Origin: Candidatus Staskawiczbacteria bacterium
Lineage (GTDB): Bacteria; Patescibacteriota; Minisyncoccia; Minisyncoccales; Staskawiczbacteraceae
DNA length: 59,812 nucleotides
Assembly (NCBI GenBank): GCA_041659225.1
Contig: JBAZYR010000007.1
Span: 1-59,812, forward strand
Reading direction: 5' to 3'
How positions within the stretch are numbered: position 1 is the stretch's first letter; each line of letters begins with the position of its first letter. The translations under genes and the position numbers were made by a program. Below, in pieces: positions 42,201-49,416 of the stretch. The notes below the pieces were generated by a model. The model had not been told where the DNA came from, made no database searches, and saw only the letters and a list, made by a program, of their open reading frames with translations.

Positions 42201-45026
42201 TGACGATCCAGCTGCAAGGTGGCCGTAAGCGGTCGTGCTGGTGGAATAAAGCATCTCCCCGCCGCCGGCAGCCGTAATATTGGCGCCCAAACCGCCCCTT
42301 GAGGCAGCGAGATATTGTTCGGCAGCAACCGTATTAGTCCCTGACCAATAGGCTGCGTAGTTTTCTGTACCGGTTCCGGTAGCTACCGTTCCCGAGGTCG
42401 GCAAAGTTAAGGTTGTATCACCACTTGTTGAAAATGTAAGACTATTCGCCCCTATATTTAATGTTTTACTGTCTGCCCCTGCAGATAAAGAAATCGTATT
42501 ATTAACTGTCAACGTTTTACCGTCGGCAATAGTAAGTGTTGCACCCGTAGCAGGAGCTGTAATAGCCACCTTGTTTATTGAGGTGGCAGTTGCAACTCCT
42601 AATACCGGTGTTATCAAAGTCGGTGAGGTACCGAATACCAGCAGCCCGGAACCTGTTTCGTCGAATATAACTGTACTTAGTCCTTCAGAAGTTGTTGAGG
42701 CAAACTCACTTAATCTATTAGCAGTGAGAGCAACAGTTCCTGAAACGCCGGGAAAGGTCCATACCTGTGAAGAGCCGACGAGCGAAGCCATTGTGATTGT
42801 TCCGGTATATGTTCCATCTGAATCTAAAACAATCTGATTTGTGCTGGCAGTAAACTTTCCCGTGCCGAATGTACCGCTACCCGTAGTAAGCAAATTTCCA
42901 TCCTGAAAGTCAAAGTTTTGACTAGTGTCGATAGCTAGCGCTGTTGTGTTGTTTGTTATAAAATATAGTGCGTGATTCGTTTGTGTCCCAAAAATACCGA
43001 TCGTATCCTGTGATTGTTGAATTACTGAAACGGTATTTGTATCATCTACGGTGGCAATCGTTGGATTGGCGGCATTTTCAACTAATATATTTTTACTAAA
43101 ACTAAAACTTGTAACTCCGCTCGTTGATCCGATTATTACTGAGTTAAGGGTGCTTTCAAAATCAAAGGTTAAGTTCGCGTTATTTCCAGCGGTCTTAAGT
43201 CCTGTCAAAGTAAGGATTCCGTTCGTCGCGGTGGCAGAAACACCAGTCGAAGAACCAAAATCCACTATCCCTATCACTCCCGTTTGAGAAACATACATAT
43301 TTCCGCTAAAATATCCCGCCCAATTGGTGGTAGCGTCCGAAGCATATGCAAAAATACCATAGTTTGTATCAGCCGTGCCACCCGCGTTAAACCATCCTCC
43401 GTAATGGCTAGTTTCTCCAGTTGTTCCAATATCTCCGCCAGAGGTTCCCCTTATCCCTATCGCTGATTCTTGAACAGTGGATAGGGTTGCAGGAGCACCT
43501 ATAACGGTGAATGCTAAGCCATAAGGGTTGAATATAGTATCTCCGTCACCTGTAAAAGTTACGCCAGATGCGTCGACATTAGAATAATACCCTGATGGAT
43601 AATAGGTGGTATCCGAACCGTCACCTACCGCGCCGACTACATTATCTAAATCTAATAAAACGTGGTATCCAAATGTATTATAGGCCTGAAGACTAGCGGC
43701 AATTGGAGCTGTCGAAGTATAACTTAACTTATATCCATAGTTATTTGATAATATCGAAGAAACCGACGAGGTTACGTTAACCGACGTTGAAGTAGTATTG
43801 TTTAATATACTTGCTAGGCCAAATGTACCAGTGCCCGTAGTGGTGAGGTCGAACGAGCCGGATTTATCACCGGTAAGCAAAGTTTGATCGTCGCCGTTGA
43901 GCCAAGCACCCGAAAGAGAGGTTAATAAAGTAAGGTCGCCGCTTGCTAAAATGGAGGAACCATTAATTGATTTTATATTCGTTCCCGAAACCAATGTCGG
44001 CTGGACGGCTATGTCTCCGCTCCCCAAAAGTGTGGTTGAATTAACTGTTTTAATATTAGTACCACTAACCAATGCCGCTTGTTTCGCAGTAAAGGTATTA
44101 TAATCTGTCTTACTCAATAATCCCGCAGTGACGTCTGTCGCTGAAGCCATAGGAATATTAAGAGTATGGGTGGTAGTCGCCGAACCCCAGGCAGGTTCGG
44201 TGCCGCTAGTTCCAATAGCAAAAGTTTGCGAAGCACCAGTCAGACCGTTAAGACTCGTGATTGCCGCAGTAAGATAGGTCGAAGTGTCCCAACTCATTAC
44301 GCCGGCATCACTTGATTTCATAAAACCACTCAATCCCGTACCCGGATATGCAGTAGGCAGCGTATAGGTCAAATCTATGGACTGATCCCCGCCCTGAAGA
44401 ATTGAGTATTTTATTGGGGTATCGCCACTCTCTAAAATCCGTAAACCTATTGTGCTAATATTTTGCGAACCTAAGTTTAACCCTGCCGTAGCTCCGGTAT
44501 ATGGCACATAAGTTGACGATGCGTCTGCTGTTGCAAGGTAAGTACCCGTATCAAAACTTAGAACCCCGGCGTTAGAAGACTTTAAAAATCCGCTCGAAGC
44601 CGGGAAAGCGGAGGGCAAAGTAAAAATCGCGCTACTAGAAATTGCATCAGGTGACTTAAAACCGACGTAATTAGTACCGTCAGCTGCCAATTCTAGAAAC
44701 CTTACCTCCCCTGTTTGACCGGTAGAAGTTCCGAATGGAGATAAAACTATTGCTGCTTGTAAATTTAATCCAGAAAGTGCGGTGATGTCGGTATTGACTC
44801 CAGAAATTGCCGGAGTTGTTACGGTACAATTACTAGAAAGCGGAGCACAACTTGGATTCAATGTTGCACCTGGAGCATATGGGCTATCCGGCGGCGTAGC
44901 GAAAGCATAAAGAGCGAAAGAAAAAACTCCGGCAATAACAAACCCGTTGAAGATGGAATTTAAAACGCCTCGGTTTATCGGAATCTTTCTATTTGCGTTT
45001 CTTTTTGATAGCCTTTTTACTGGCAT
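39243..45026 (-). CDS. Giant (1927 aa) Ser/Thr/Gly-rich tail-fibre-like surface protein with a peptidase S74 (intramolecular chaperone autocleavage) domain and an acidic Pro/Glu-rich C-terminal region
   Basis: N-terminal TM/signal. Phage-fibre-type repeats SGTNIKTVNSTTLLGSGDIA / SGTNIKSINGSSILASGDL. S74 signature TSDIKNKKDIAGL...ALRGVYYSYD...IGMIAEEMQQQFPELV...INYSQFTAVLLEAVKEL (Ser codon 40370-40368). Confidence 0.8.
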   Translation of the reverse strand: MPVKRLSKRNANRKIPINRGVLNSIFNGFVIAGVFSFALYAFATPPDSPYAPGATLNPSCAPLSSNCTVTTPAISGVNTDITALSGLNLQAAIVLSPFGTSTGQTGEVRFLELAADGTNYVGFKSPDAISSSAIFTLPSAFPASSGFLKSSNAGVLSFDTGTYLATADASSTYVPYTGATAGLNLGSQNISTIGLRILESGDTPIKYSILQGGDQSIDLTYTLPTAYPGTGLSGFMKSSDAGVMSWDTSTYLTAAITSLNGLTGASQTFAIGTSGTEPAWGSATTTHTLNIPMASATDVTAGLLSKTDYNTFTAKQAALVSGTNIKTVNSTTLLGSGDIAVQPTLVSGTNIKSINGSSILASGDLTLLTSLSGAWLNGDDQTLLTGDKSGSFDLTTTGTGTFGLASILNNTTSTSVNVTSSVSSILSNNYGYKLSYTSTAPIAASLQAYNTFGYHVLLDLDNVVGAVGDGSDTTYYPSGYYSNVDASGVTFTGDGDTIFNPYGLAFTVIGAPATLSTVQESAIGIRGTSGGDIGTTGETSHYGGWFNAGGTADTNYGIFAYASDATTNWAGYFSGNMYVSQTGVIGIVDFGSSTGVSATATNGILTLTGLKTAGNNANLTFDFESTLNSVIIGSTSGVTSFSFSKNILVENAANPTIATVDDTNTVSVIQQSQDTIGIFGTQTNHALYFITNNTTALAIDTSQNFDFQDGNLLTTGSGTFGTGKFTASTNQIVLDSDGTYTGTITMASLVGSSQVWTFPGVSGTVALTANRLSEFASTTSEGLSTVIFDETGSGLLVFGTSPTLITPVLGVATATSINKVAITAPATGATLTIADGKTLTVNNTISLSAGADSKTLNIGANSLTFSTSGDTTLTLPTSGTVATGTGTENYAAYWSGTNTVAAEQYLAASRGGLGANITAAGGGEMLYSTSTTAYGHLAAGSSGQILRSGGTGAPAWSTATYPATGGTLNTLLRSDGTNWVNSTVVYPATTTSTRVLYSTSANTIGDNANLTFDGTTLTAGGFTTTGSFQAPTYKIDAAAPSYTYYDFLRGSSVTSLYAKSSATESDLTAAPATWITGATQITGAGQLTQFSINDGIVIDNATGYLFESVNWHGFLTKIQLPTGVPESYYSAIYAQVIAYWASSKTFAFYIWNYNTVSWEQIGANASGATLQDVNEAMTSNVGNYIGDDFKVYLMSRNVVSGGGDIYAYYDYTRIGVKQTQITVTSELWGGNLTTAGDISVGGIFSPSTISPISDNVYSNGSSAKRWASTTAQTVNAYNTFNLGSAAYGQAGIPFYVRLDSTTDSFIGKGIDLQVDYRNPNEDNSTFINSLVAIDHYTNGLADVYYPNSWKVQGGYDGDPSGYVINGIGTNIQALNTIKDAATWTADATTQSFYNLQLTNTLQNERTTDYAGNFNLAQLYLTVPAVYNVDTGALTGTVNAYGFISDADNIMNDNVKMYFGSGTDLSIYHNGTDSWIDNKTGVLKFAFNGTSQIGLVDGKLAPTTTNDIDLGDTTHIYKNAYITNYFAGSTAGVDGTGCTSVNVSKGIVISCTTSDIKNKKDIAGLGSVIDKVMALRGVYYSYDDKYLETNPITAPGQVQIGMIAEEMQQQFPELVVENPNGDLGINYSQFTAVLLEAVKELDQKINILGGGSIQIGGTGYVGGGQVSGVSSQAIGQSLMDLGMAVVNGVATLKEVVADKFTARTARLEKMEMIDSANGDAYCTWIENGEWQKTKGACDAIEEVVIEPTPEPAPEIETEPDIEITPEVQPEVLPEGSVEEIKQEVKQELKSELNKSIDKKVENIKEDVEDLQVQVEELSQPVEPEPEVLEETPPLEEIQVQEEVPAEEPPVEEAEPTGLLDKALKAVEESAEFVKESAAAGLFPKIMSFIKESTPTIKEAAGSATSGLLQGVLNIISNLKEEIGKLIKF

Positions 45027-45173
45027 TTTCTAGGGAATTTATTGGTGTATATAAAATGCTTTCGGGAACTTATTCTCTCCTTCCTTTGCATTCATATATT
45101 TTAACACAAATTTAATCCGTCAACTATCTGTGGATAACTCTTTTTCCATCTCTGTTTAGCTTAACCGAGAAAT

Positions 45174-45199
45174 AAAAAGGCCTAAGATGCACTCAGGCC
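45174..45199 (-). terminator. Intrinsic terminator after the PEP-CTERM gene
   Basis: Minus strand: GGCCU-GAGUGCAUCUU-AGGCC followed by UUUUUAUUU. Confidence 0.5.
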
Positions 45200-45215
45200 A
45201 TAACAGACGAATGTT

Positions 45216-46193
45216 TTACTTTTTGCGGTGAAGAAGAAGGATCCCGCCAAAGGCAAGGATACATATGGTTGTGGGTTCAGGAATCGTATAGATAAAACCT
45301 TGCTCACTGCTGACAGCAGCAACATTAAAACCAAACGTTCTTGGTTGGAATGTACCGACAAGGGTATTGCCGGATATTCCATACACGACAGTAGCGCTTG
45401 CGTTTGGTGCGTCGATAGTGACCCACGTGGCGGCAGCGCTTGCGTTTGGTGGACCAGCAATAGCTTGGGCTGAACCTGTAATGTTGTAAATAAATCCGTG
45501 CATTATGTTGTCAGCGTCTACATAGCCACCGACAATATTATCGCCCTCGATGCTCCATGGAGTAGTACTGTGTAACATAGAATCGGGTATGCTGAAGTTA
45601 ACCCAGGTTTCATCTGCGATATTGTAAATGAAGCCGTACTGCCGAGCAAGAGAATCAGTGTAACGACCGACGATTCGGTTTCCAGAGACTCCCCGGGGGT
45701 TTACCTTAGTCAACCCGACCATATTGAGGGGGGTAAATAGTGAAGTCGCCAAATTGTAGACAAAAGCACCATTGCCGCCTTGATAGCCACCGACAATATT
45801 ATCGCCGTCGATAGCATTTATCCAGGTAGTCGTATCGTTCATATCAAGCGTGGTCCAAGTTGAGCTTCCAATATTGTAGAGAAGACCGTGGGAGATACCT
45901 TGATTATCTTGATAAGTACCGACAATTCGGTCGCCCGAAACGCCAGTTAAAATCGTGTCAATCGCGCCTGGCTTATCGAGCGTGAGCCAGGTCTCAGTAG
46001 TTGAGTTATACACAAAACCATGGTCATAAGGGTACGAAGCGGCCGTCATATAGAAACCGACGACATTGTCACCATCTACGCAACGCGGGTGCGTACTTGA
46101 TGCCTCAGGCACACTTAGAGTGGTCCAATCGGCCACTGCATAATTCCCGCCAAAAAGTGCGACCACCGCACAAATTACAGCTACCTTCTTCAT
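45216..46193 (-). CDS. HAF-type repeat protein with C-terminal PEP-CTERM sorting signal
   Basis: Signal peptide. Repeated G(D/N).IVG.Y.......HGF(I/L)YN units. C-terminus IPEPTTICILAFGGILLLHRKK (PEP motif, TM helix, basic tail). Confidence 0.75.
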   Translation of the reverse strand: MKKVAVICAVVALFGGNYAVADWTTLSVPEASSTHPRCVDGDNVVGFYMTAASYPYDHGFVYNSTTETWLTLDKPGAIDTILTGVSGDRIVGTYQDNQGISHGLLYNIGSSTWTTLDMNDTTTWINAIDGDNIVGGYQGGNGAFVYNLATSLFTPLNMVGLTKVNPRGVSGNRIVGRYTDSLARQYGFIYNIADETWVNFSIPDSMLHSTTPWSIEGDNIVGGYVDADNIMHGFIYNITGSAQAIAGPPNASAAATWVTIDAPNASATVVYGISGNTLVGTFQPRTFGFNVAAVSSEQGFIYTIPEPTTICILAFGGILLLHRKK

Positions 46194-46244
46194 CGCTTTC
46201 TCCTTTTCAAAGGACTGGTTCGAACGAACTACACGATGTATTTA

Positions 46245-46272
46245 AGTATAATGGAACCCCCCTTGATGTCAA
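46245..46272 (-). promoter_or_regulatory. Sigma70-like promoter for the PEP-CTERM gene
   Basis: Minus strand: TTGACA (46272-46267), 16-nt spacer, TATACT (46250-46245). Strong SD AAAGGAGAAAG upstream of the ATG. Confidence 0.5.
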
Positions 46273-46509
46273 ATATCTTTTTTCTAACGGAGCTAGATGA
46301 GAAAATCCCAAGCAGCAAAAAAGCCCAGTGTTACTGAGCGTCTCTGCGCCCCGCTATTCTTAAAATTTCAATAATAATCTAAGTGGGTGTCCTCACGTTT
46401 TGGCCAAGGCCAGAACAAATATTGGACTCCCTATAAAAAAGTTTGTTAGAAATTTTTAATTGGCAGGGCTGCCTCTATTTTAACTCCTTTAAAGATAAGG
46501 TCAAGACCC

Positions 46510-47583
46510 CTATAAACCTAGGGCTTGGACTAATTGTTTTATTAAAGAAACAACAACAGGAGGCGGCATCAAACTGTTCGAGGCAACTCCCTCGTCGTCT
46601 AAAACCTGCCAGGGTTTTTCTATCGTCTCCACTTTATTCTCAGCCTCGTTATACGTGTATTCATATCCTGGAGTAATCTCATAATCATCCGTAGCCTCCT
46701 GTACTTTCTCTACGGGTATAGAATTTCTCAGGAATATCTTCGGGATGCCCTGCAAAGAAAGCGCTTGTCGGATTAAAATTTCGTCCTTTTCTAATCTATC
46801 TTTTATGGGCGCGATTCCTAATTCATCCCCTTCTTTCGTAACCATCCTTGAACCGTTGCAGGCGGGATTATCGCAAAGAAGATAAAACTTATTGTCTTTC
46901 TTATCAAATTCAACTGTCTTTGTCGTTAAAAGCTTCAAGTTCCTAGATGTTTGGCAGACCGGGCAGATAACTCGGAACTTTACCCTTTCGTCAATTACTG
47001 AAGTGGGAACATCAATTGAAACAAAAACATCTGGATCCTGCCTGTAATTAATAAGATCCCGAAAGAATAAAGAATACGATATTTGGTCTAAATCCCTTGG
47101 GAAGCCGTCTATGAAGATGGCTTTCCTGCCCAATTTCGCTATTTCCCTTTTCGCTAACACTAAAATCAATTCGGTCGGCAGAAGAAACTTCGTACTTCGG
47201 TTCTCCAAAGATTTTAATATATCATCCAAGGGAATGAATCCGCGATAGTTATCCTTGAGGAAGGAAACTAATTCTTGTTTCTTGGCCTCATCTTTTTTAA
47301 TATCGTCAAAAGACCTTATCATGTCTCCGATTGAAAAGTGCGCAATTCTGTCTGGAGCAACAACCTCTTTTAACATTTTAGAATAAGTTCCTTTGCCTGA
47401 AGATTTCTTCCCCAGAAGATAGGCGATGAAAGTATTTTCTTTCAAGTATTCCCGCAGTTTTTGTATTTCAGGCCCTGCTTTATATTCAAAATATGCCTGT
47501 CTTTGATTGAAATCAGTTAAATCAAACTTTTTACTAGAATCCTCTGATTTTGTTTTAAAAATTGGAAAATCAATTCCTTTCAT
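46510..47583 (-). CDS. Adenylate kinase-family paralogue with N- and C-terminal extensions and a Cys4 LID
   Basis: GKKSSGKGTYSKML P-loop, IDGFPRDLDQ, and CPVCQ...CDNPAC in the LID-equivalent position. Confidence 0.6.
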   Translation of the reverse strand: MKGIDFPIFKTKSEDSSKKFDLTDFNQRQAYFEYKAGPEIQKLREYLKENTFIAYLLGKKSSGKGTYSKMLKEVVAPDRIAHFSIGDMIRSFDDIKKDEAKKQELVSFLKDNYRGFIPLDDILKSLENRSTKFLLPTELILVLAKREIAKLGRKAIFIDGFPRDLDQISYSLFFRDLINYRQDPDVFVSIDVPTSVIDERVKFRVICPVCQTSRNLKLLTTKTVEFDKKDNKFYLLCDNPACNGSRMVTKEGDELGIAPIKDRLEKDEILIRQALSLQGIPKIFLRNSIPVEKVQEATDDYEITPGYEYTYNEAENKVETIEKPWQVLDDEGVASNSLMPPPVVVSLIKQLVQALGL

Positions 47584-47584
47584 A

Positions 47585-48451
47585 TTAGTTATTTATTATT
47601 TTTATATTTTTACCGTCAGAGATAAATTTAATATCCCCGCTTAGGTCCGTTCTTAATGTTTCTATACCAAATTTATCCAGTCTTGCCAATAGCTCCTCGG
47701 CCGGATGGCCGTAAGTGTTCTTGCCGACGGATATAACGGCGACAGACGGAGAAACTATATTCAAGAATTCTTCGGAAGTGGAATATTTGCTGCCATGATG
47801 CGCTATTTTTAAAACATCTGCTCCAATCCTTTCTCCCAATAATTGCTCCCCTGAGCTGTTTATGTCTCCGGTGAGCAGAAACGTTCTGTCCCCTATTATC
47901 AAAGAAAGAACAATAGAAGTATTATTACTGTCTTCTAGCTTCTTACCCCTTAGGTTCTCCGGCGGGTTCAAAATATTAATTACTATGCGCGGAGATTCTT
48001 TTTGCAAAACTAGCTCTCCCCCGGCTTGCGCTATCCATATTCCTGCCCCTTCTTCTTCAATGAGGCTGTTCCACTCTCTCCATTCTGCAGTATCTCGAAT
48101 CACCCCCGTCCATAAAACGTTCCTCACCTCGTATCTTTTCAAAACCTCTAAAAGCCCTGTCATGTGATCAGCTTCAGGGTGGGTTAGGATTATTAGGTCA
48201 ATGGTTCTGTCCTGTGGAAGCATTTCCTGCCCTAGTTTCTCCAATATCGTTGAGTCCGGCCCGCCGTCAATTAGAATCTGCTGTTTGCTTGGCGTTTCTA
48301 CGAACGTCGCGTCCCCCTGCCCAACGCTCAAAAAATCAACCTTTAAATACTGCTGGCTGGATAAATTAAAAACTATTTGCCAGGCAAAACCGTTCAGCAG
48401 AACCAATAGTCCTATCGCCCCAATAATTATTTTGTTTTTGGTAATTTCCAT
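47585..48451 (-). CDS. ComEC/Rec2-type metallo-beta-lactamase domain protein (single N-terminal TM helix, no channel domain)
   Basis: FLSVGQGDATFVE...ILIDGGP, ILTHPEADHMTGL, IAHHGSKYSTS, VISVGKNTYGHP. Confidence 0.75.
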   Translation of the reverse strand: MEITKNKIIIGAIGLLVLLNGFAWQIVFNLSSQQYLKVDFLSVGQGDATFVETPSKQQILIDGGPDSTILEKLGQEMLPQDRTIDLIILTHPEADHMTGLLEVLKRYEVRNVLWTGVIRDTAEWREWNSLIEEEGAGIWIAQAGGELVLQKESPRIVINILNPPENLRGKKLEDSNNTSIVLSLIIGDRTFLLTGDINSSGEQLLGERIGADVLKIAHHGSKYSTSEEFLNIVSPSVAVISVGKNTYGHPAEELLARLDKFGIETLRTDLSGDIKFISDGKNIKIINN

Positions 48452-48509
48452 ATCTTTTTCTATTATACCCCTATCAGAGTAAAAACTATTAGGGTATATC
48501 TAATACCCC

Positions 48510-48539
48510 TTGACAAAGTATTATGATATATGGTATAAT
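48510..48539 (+). promoter_or_regulatory. Near-consensus sigma70 promoter with extended -10
   Basis: TTGACA (48510-48515), 18-nt spacer ending TGG, TATAAT (48534-48539). Confidence 0.6.
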
Positions 48540-48606
48540 GTATATGTGTTCGTTACCAACCGTTTTCCAGGGATGGCTATACAGCCAATTACGAAAGGGA
48601 AATGCC

Positions 48607-48792
48607 ATGCAATTCAAAGTGGTTTTCAGCGCGTCGGATAGAGGTAGAGCCCAGGTAACCGATGAAGAGCGTCGGGCGAGCTTCGAGAAAGAGCTCAACA
48701 CGCTCGGAGCCGAGGGGTGGGTGGTCGCTAAGGTTGAGTTCCCGAACGGACCCAACAGCAACTCCTACCACGCCCTCATGCAGAAGAGCTAA
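48607..48792 (+). CDS. DUF4177-like small protein (61 aa)
   Basis: MQFKVVFSA...FEKELNTLGAEGWVVAKVEF. SD AAAGGGAAA upstream. The track start at 48523 lies inside the promoter. Confidence 0.55.
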   Translation: MQFKVVFSASDRGRAQVTDEERRASFEKELNTLGAEGWVVAKVEFPNGPNSNSYHALMQKS

Positions 48793-48832
48793 TCCTGGCT
48801 CCCCGATCACCTCCCATTTTAGGAGAGTTACA

Positions 48833-48994
48833 ATGACGGACAAGAAAAAGAGAGCCAAATGGCTCAAGAAAGCAAAGAAGGCGATGCTCAAGGGAACGAT
48901 TTCCCTTCAGCAACTCAAGGCGAGCCAAACTGGTACCTGTGTGACCACGGTCAGACAGCTCCAGGAGGAGCTCCCAAAGGGGCTGATCGACTAG
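48833..48994 (+). CDS. Hypothetical basic 53-aa protein (below the ORF-track cutoff as an independent ORF)
   Basis: AGGAGAG SD 6 nt upstream of the ATG; MTDKKKRAKWLKKAKKAMLKGTISLQQLK... Confidence 0.45.
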   Translation: MTDKKKRAKWLKKAKKAMLKGTISLQQLKASQTGTCVTTVRQLQEELPKGLID

Positions 48995-48996
48995 GT

Positions 48997-49084
48997 TCTC
49001 GCTTCGGCGAGAGCAACAAAGTCCTTGTACCAGCGCGTACGAGGACTTTTCATTTAAGCAAACACCCCTTTTCAAGGGGCGTTT
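48997..49084. terminator. Three consecutive hairpins between convergent small genes
   Basis: UCUCGC-UUCG-GCGAGA (48997-49012). AAAGUCCU...AGGACUUUU (49018-49050). CCCCUU-UUC-AAGGGG with flanking U/A runs (49062-49084). Confidence 0.5.
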
Positions 49085-49101
49085 GTTAAGAGTTCTTTTT
49101 C

Positions 49102-49263
49102 CTATTTCTTGTTTCCTAGGATTCGAAACATTTTAGTTCCGCAAACCGGGCAAGTGCCAGACATGGCGTTTCTTTTTTTGCCTCCCTTTGCGTTGAAACT
49201 AACTTCCTTCGGGTCTTTCATCTCTCTTTTGGCCTTGCATTTTACACAATAAGCTTCTGTCAT
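49102..49263 (-). CDS. DUF5679-type zinc-ribbon protein (53 aa; not in the ORF track)
   Basis: Manual translation: MTEAYCVKCKAKREMKDPKEVSFNAKGGKKRNAMSGTCPVCGTKMFRILGNKK. Confidence 0.7.
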   Translation of the reverse strand: MTEAYCVKCKAKREMKDPKEVSFNAKGGKKRNAMSGTCPVCGTKMFRILGNKK

Positions 49264-49416
49264 TGTTTTTCTTCGCCACCGCTGGTTGAGGTCCGTTGTT
49301 TACCAACGGTTGAACTCAGCTAAATTTGCCAGAGGGCAATATTTAACTGGAGTAAAGGCGATTTGTTTATTAAACTCGACCTTGTTTTAAATTAAAGTGT
49401 TTTTTCCTCTGAGCCT

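Noticed and set aside
39243-45026. A prophage, inferred from the tail-fibre/S74 gene.
   Set aside because: No capsid, portal, terminase, tail tube, baseplate, integrase or lysis gene is recognisable in the flanking 15 kb. The neighbours are cellular surface and membrane proteins.
45182-45473. Track ORFs 45182..45460(-) and 45228..45473(+).
   Set aside because: They overlap the 3' end of the well-supported PEP-CTERM gene in other frames or on the other strand, in a GC-richer segment. They have no independent signals.
48489-49089. Track ORFs 48489..48761(-), 48589..48891(-), 48776..49075(-), 48662..48994(+, the part upstream of 48833), 48859..49089(+) and the 5' part of 48523..48792(+).
   Set aside because: They are mutually overlapping frames in a GC-rich islet. 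Only the two plus-strand frames with SD sequences and recognisable starts (48607, 48833) were kept. The 48523 start lies within the promoter.
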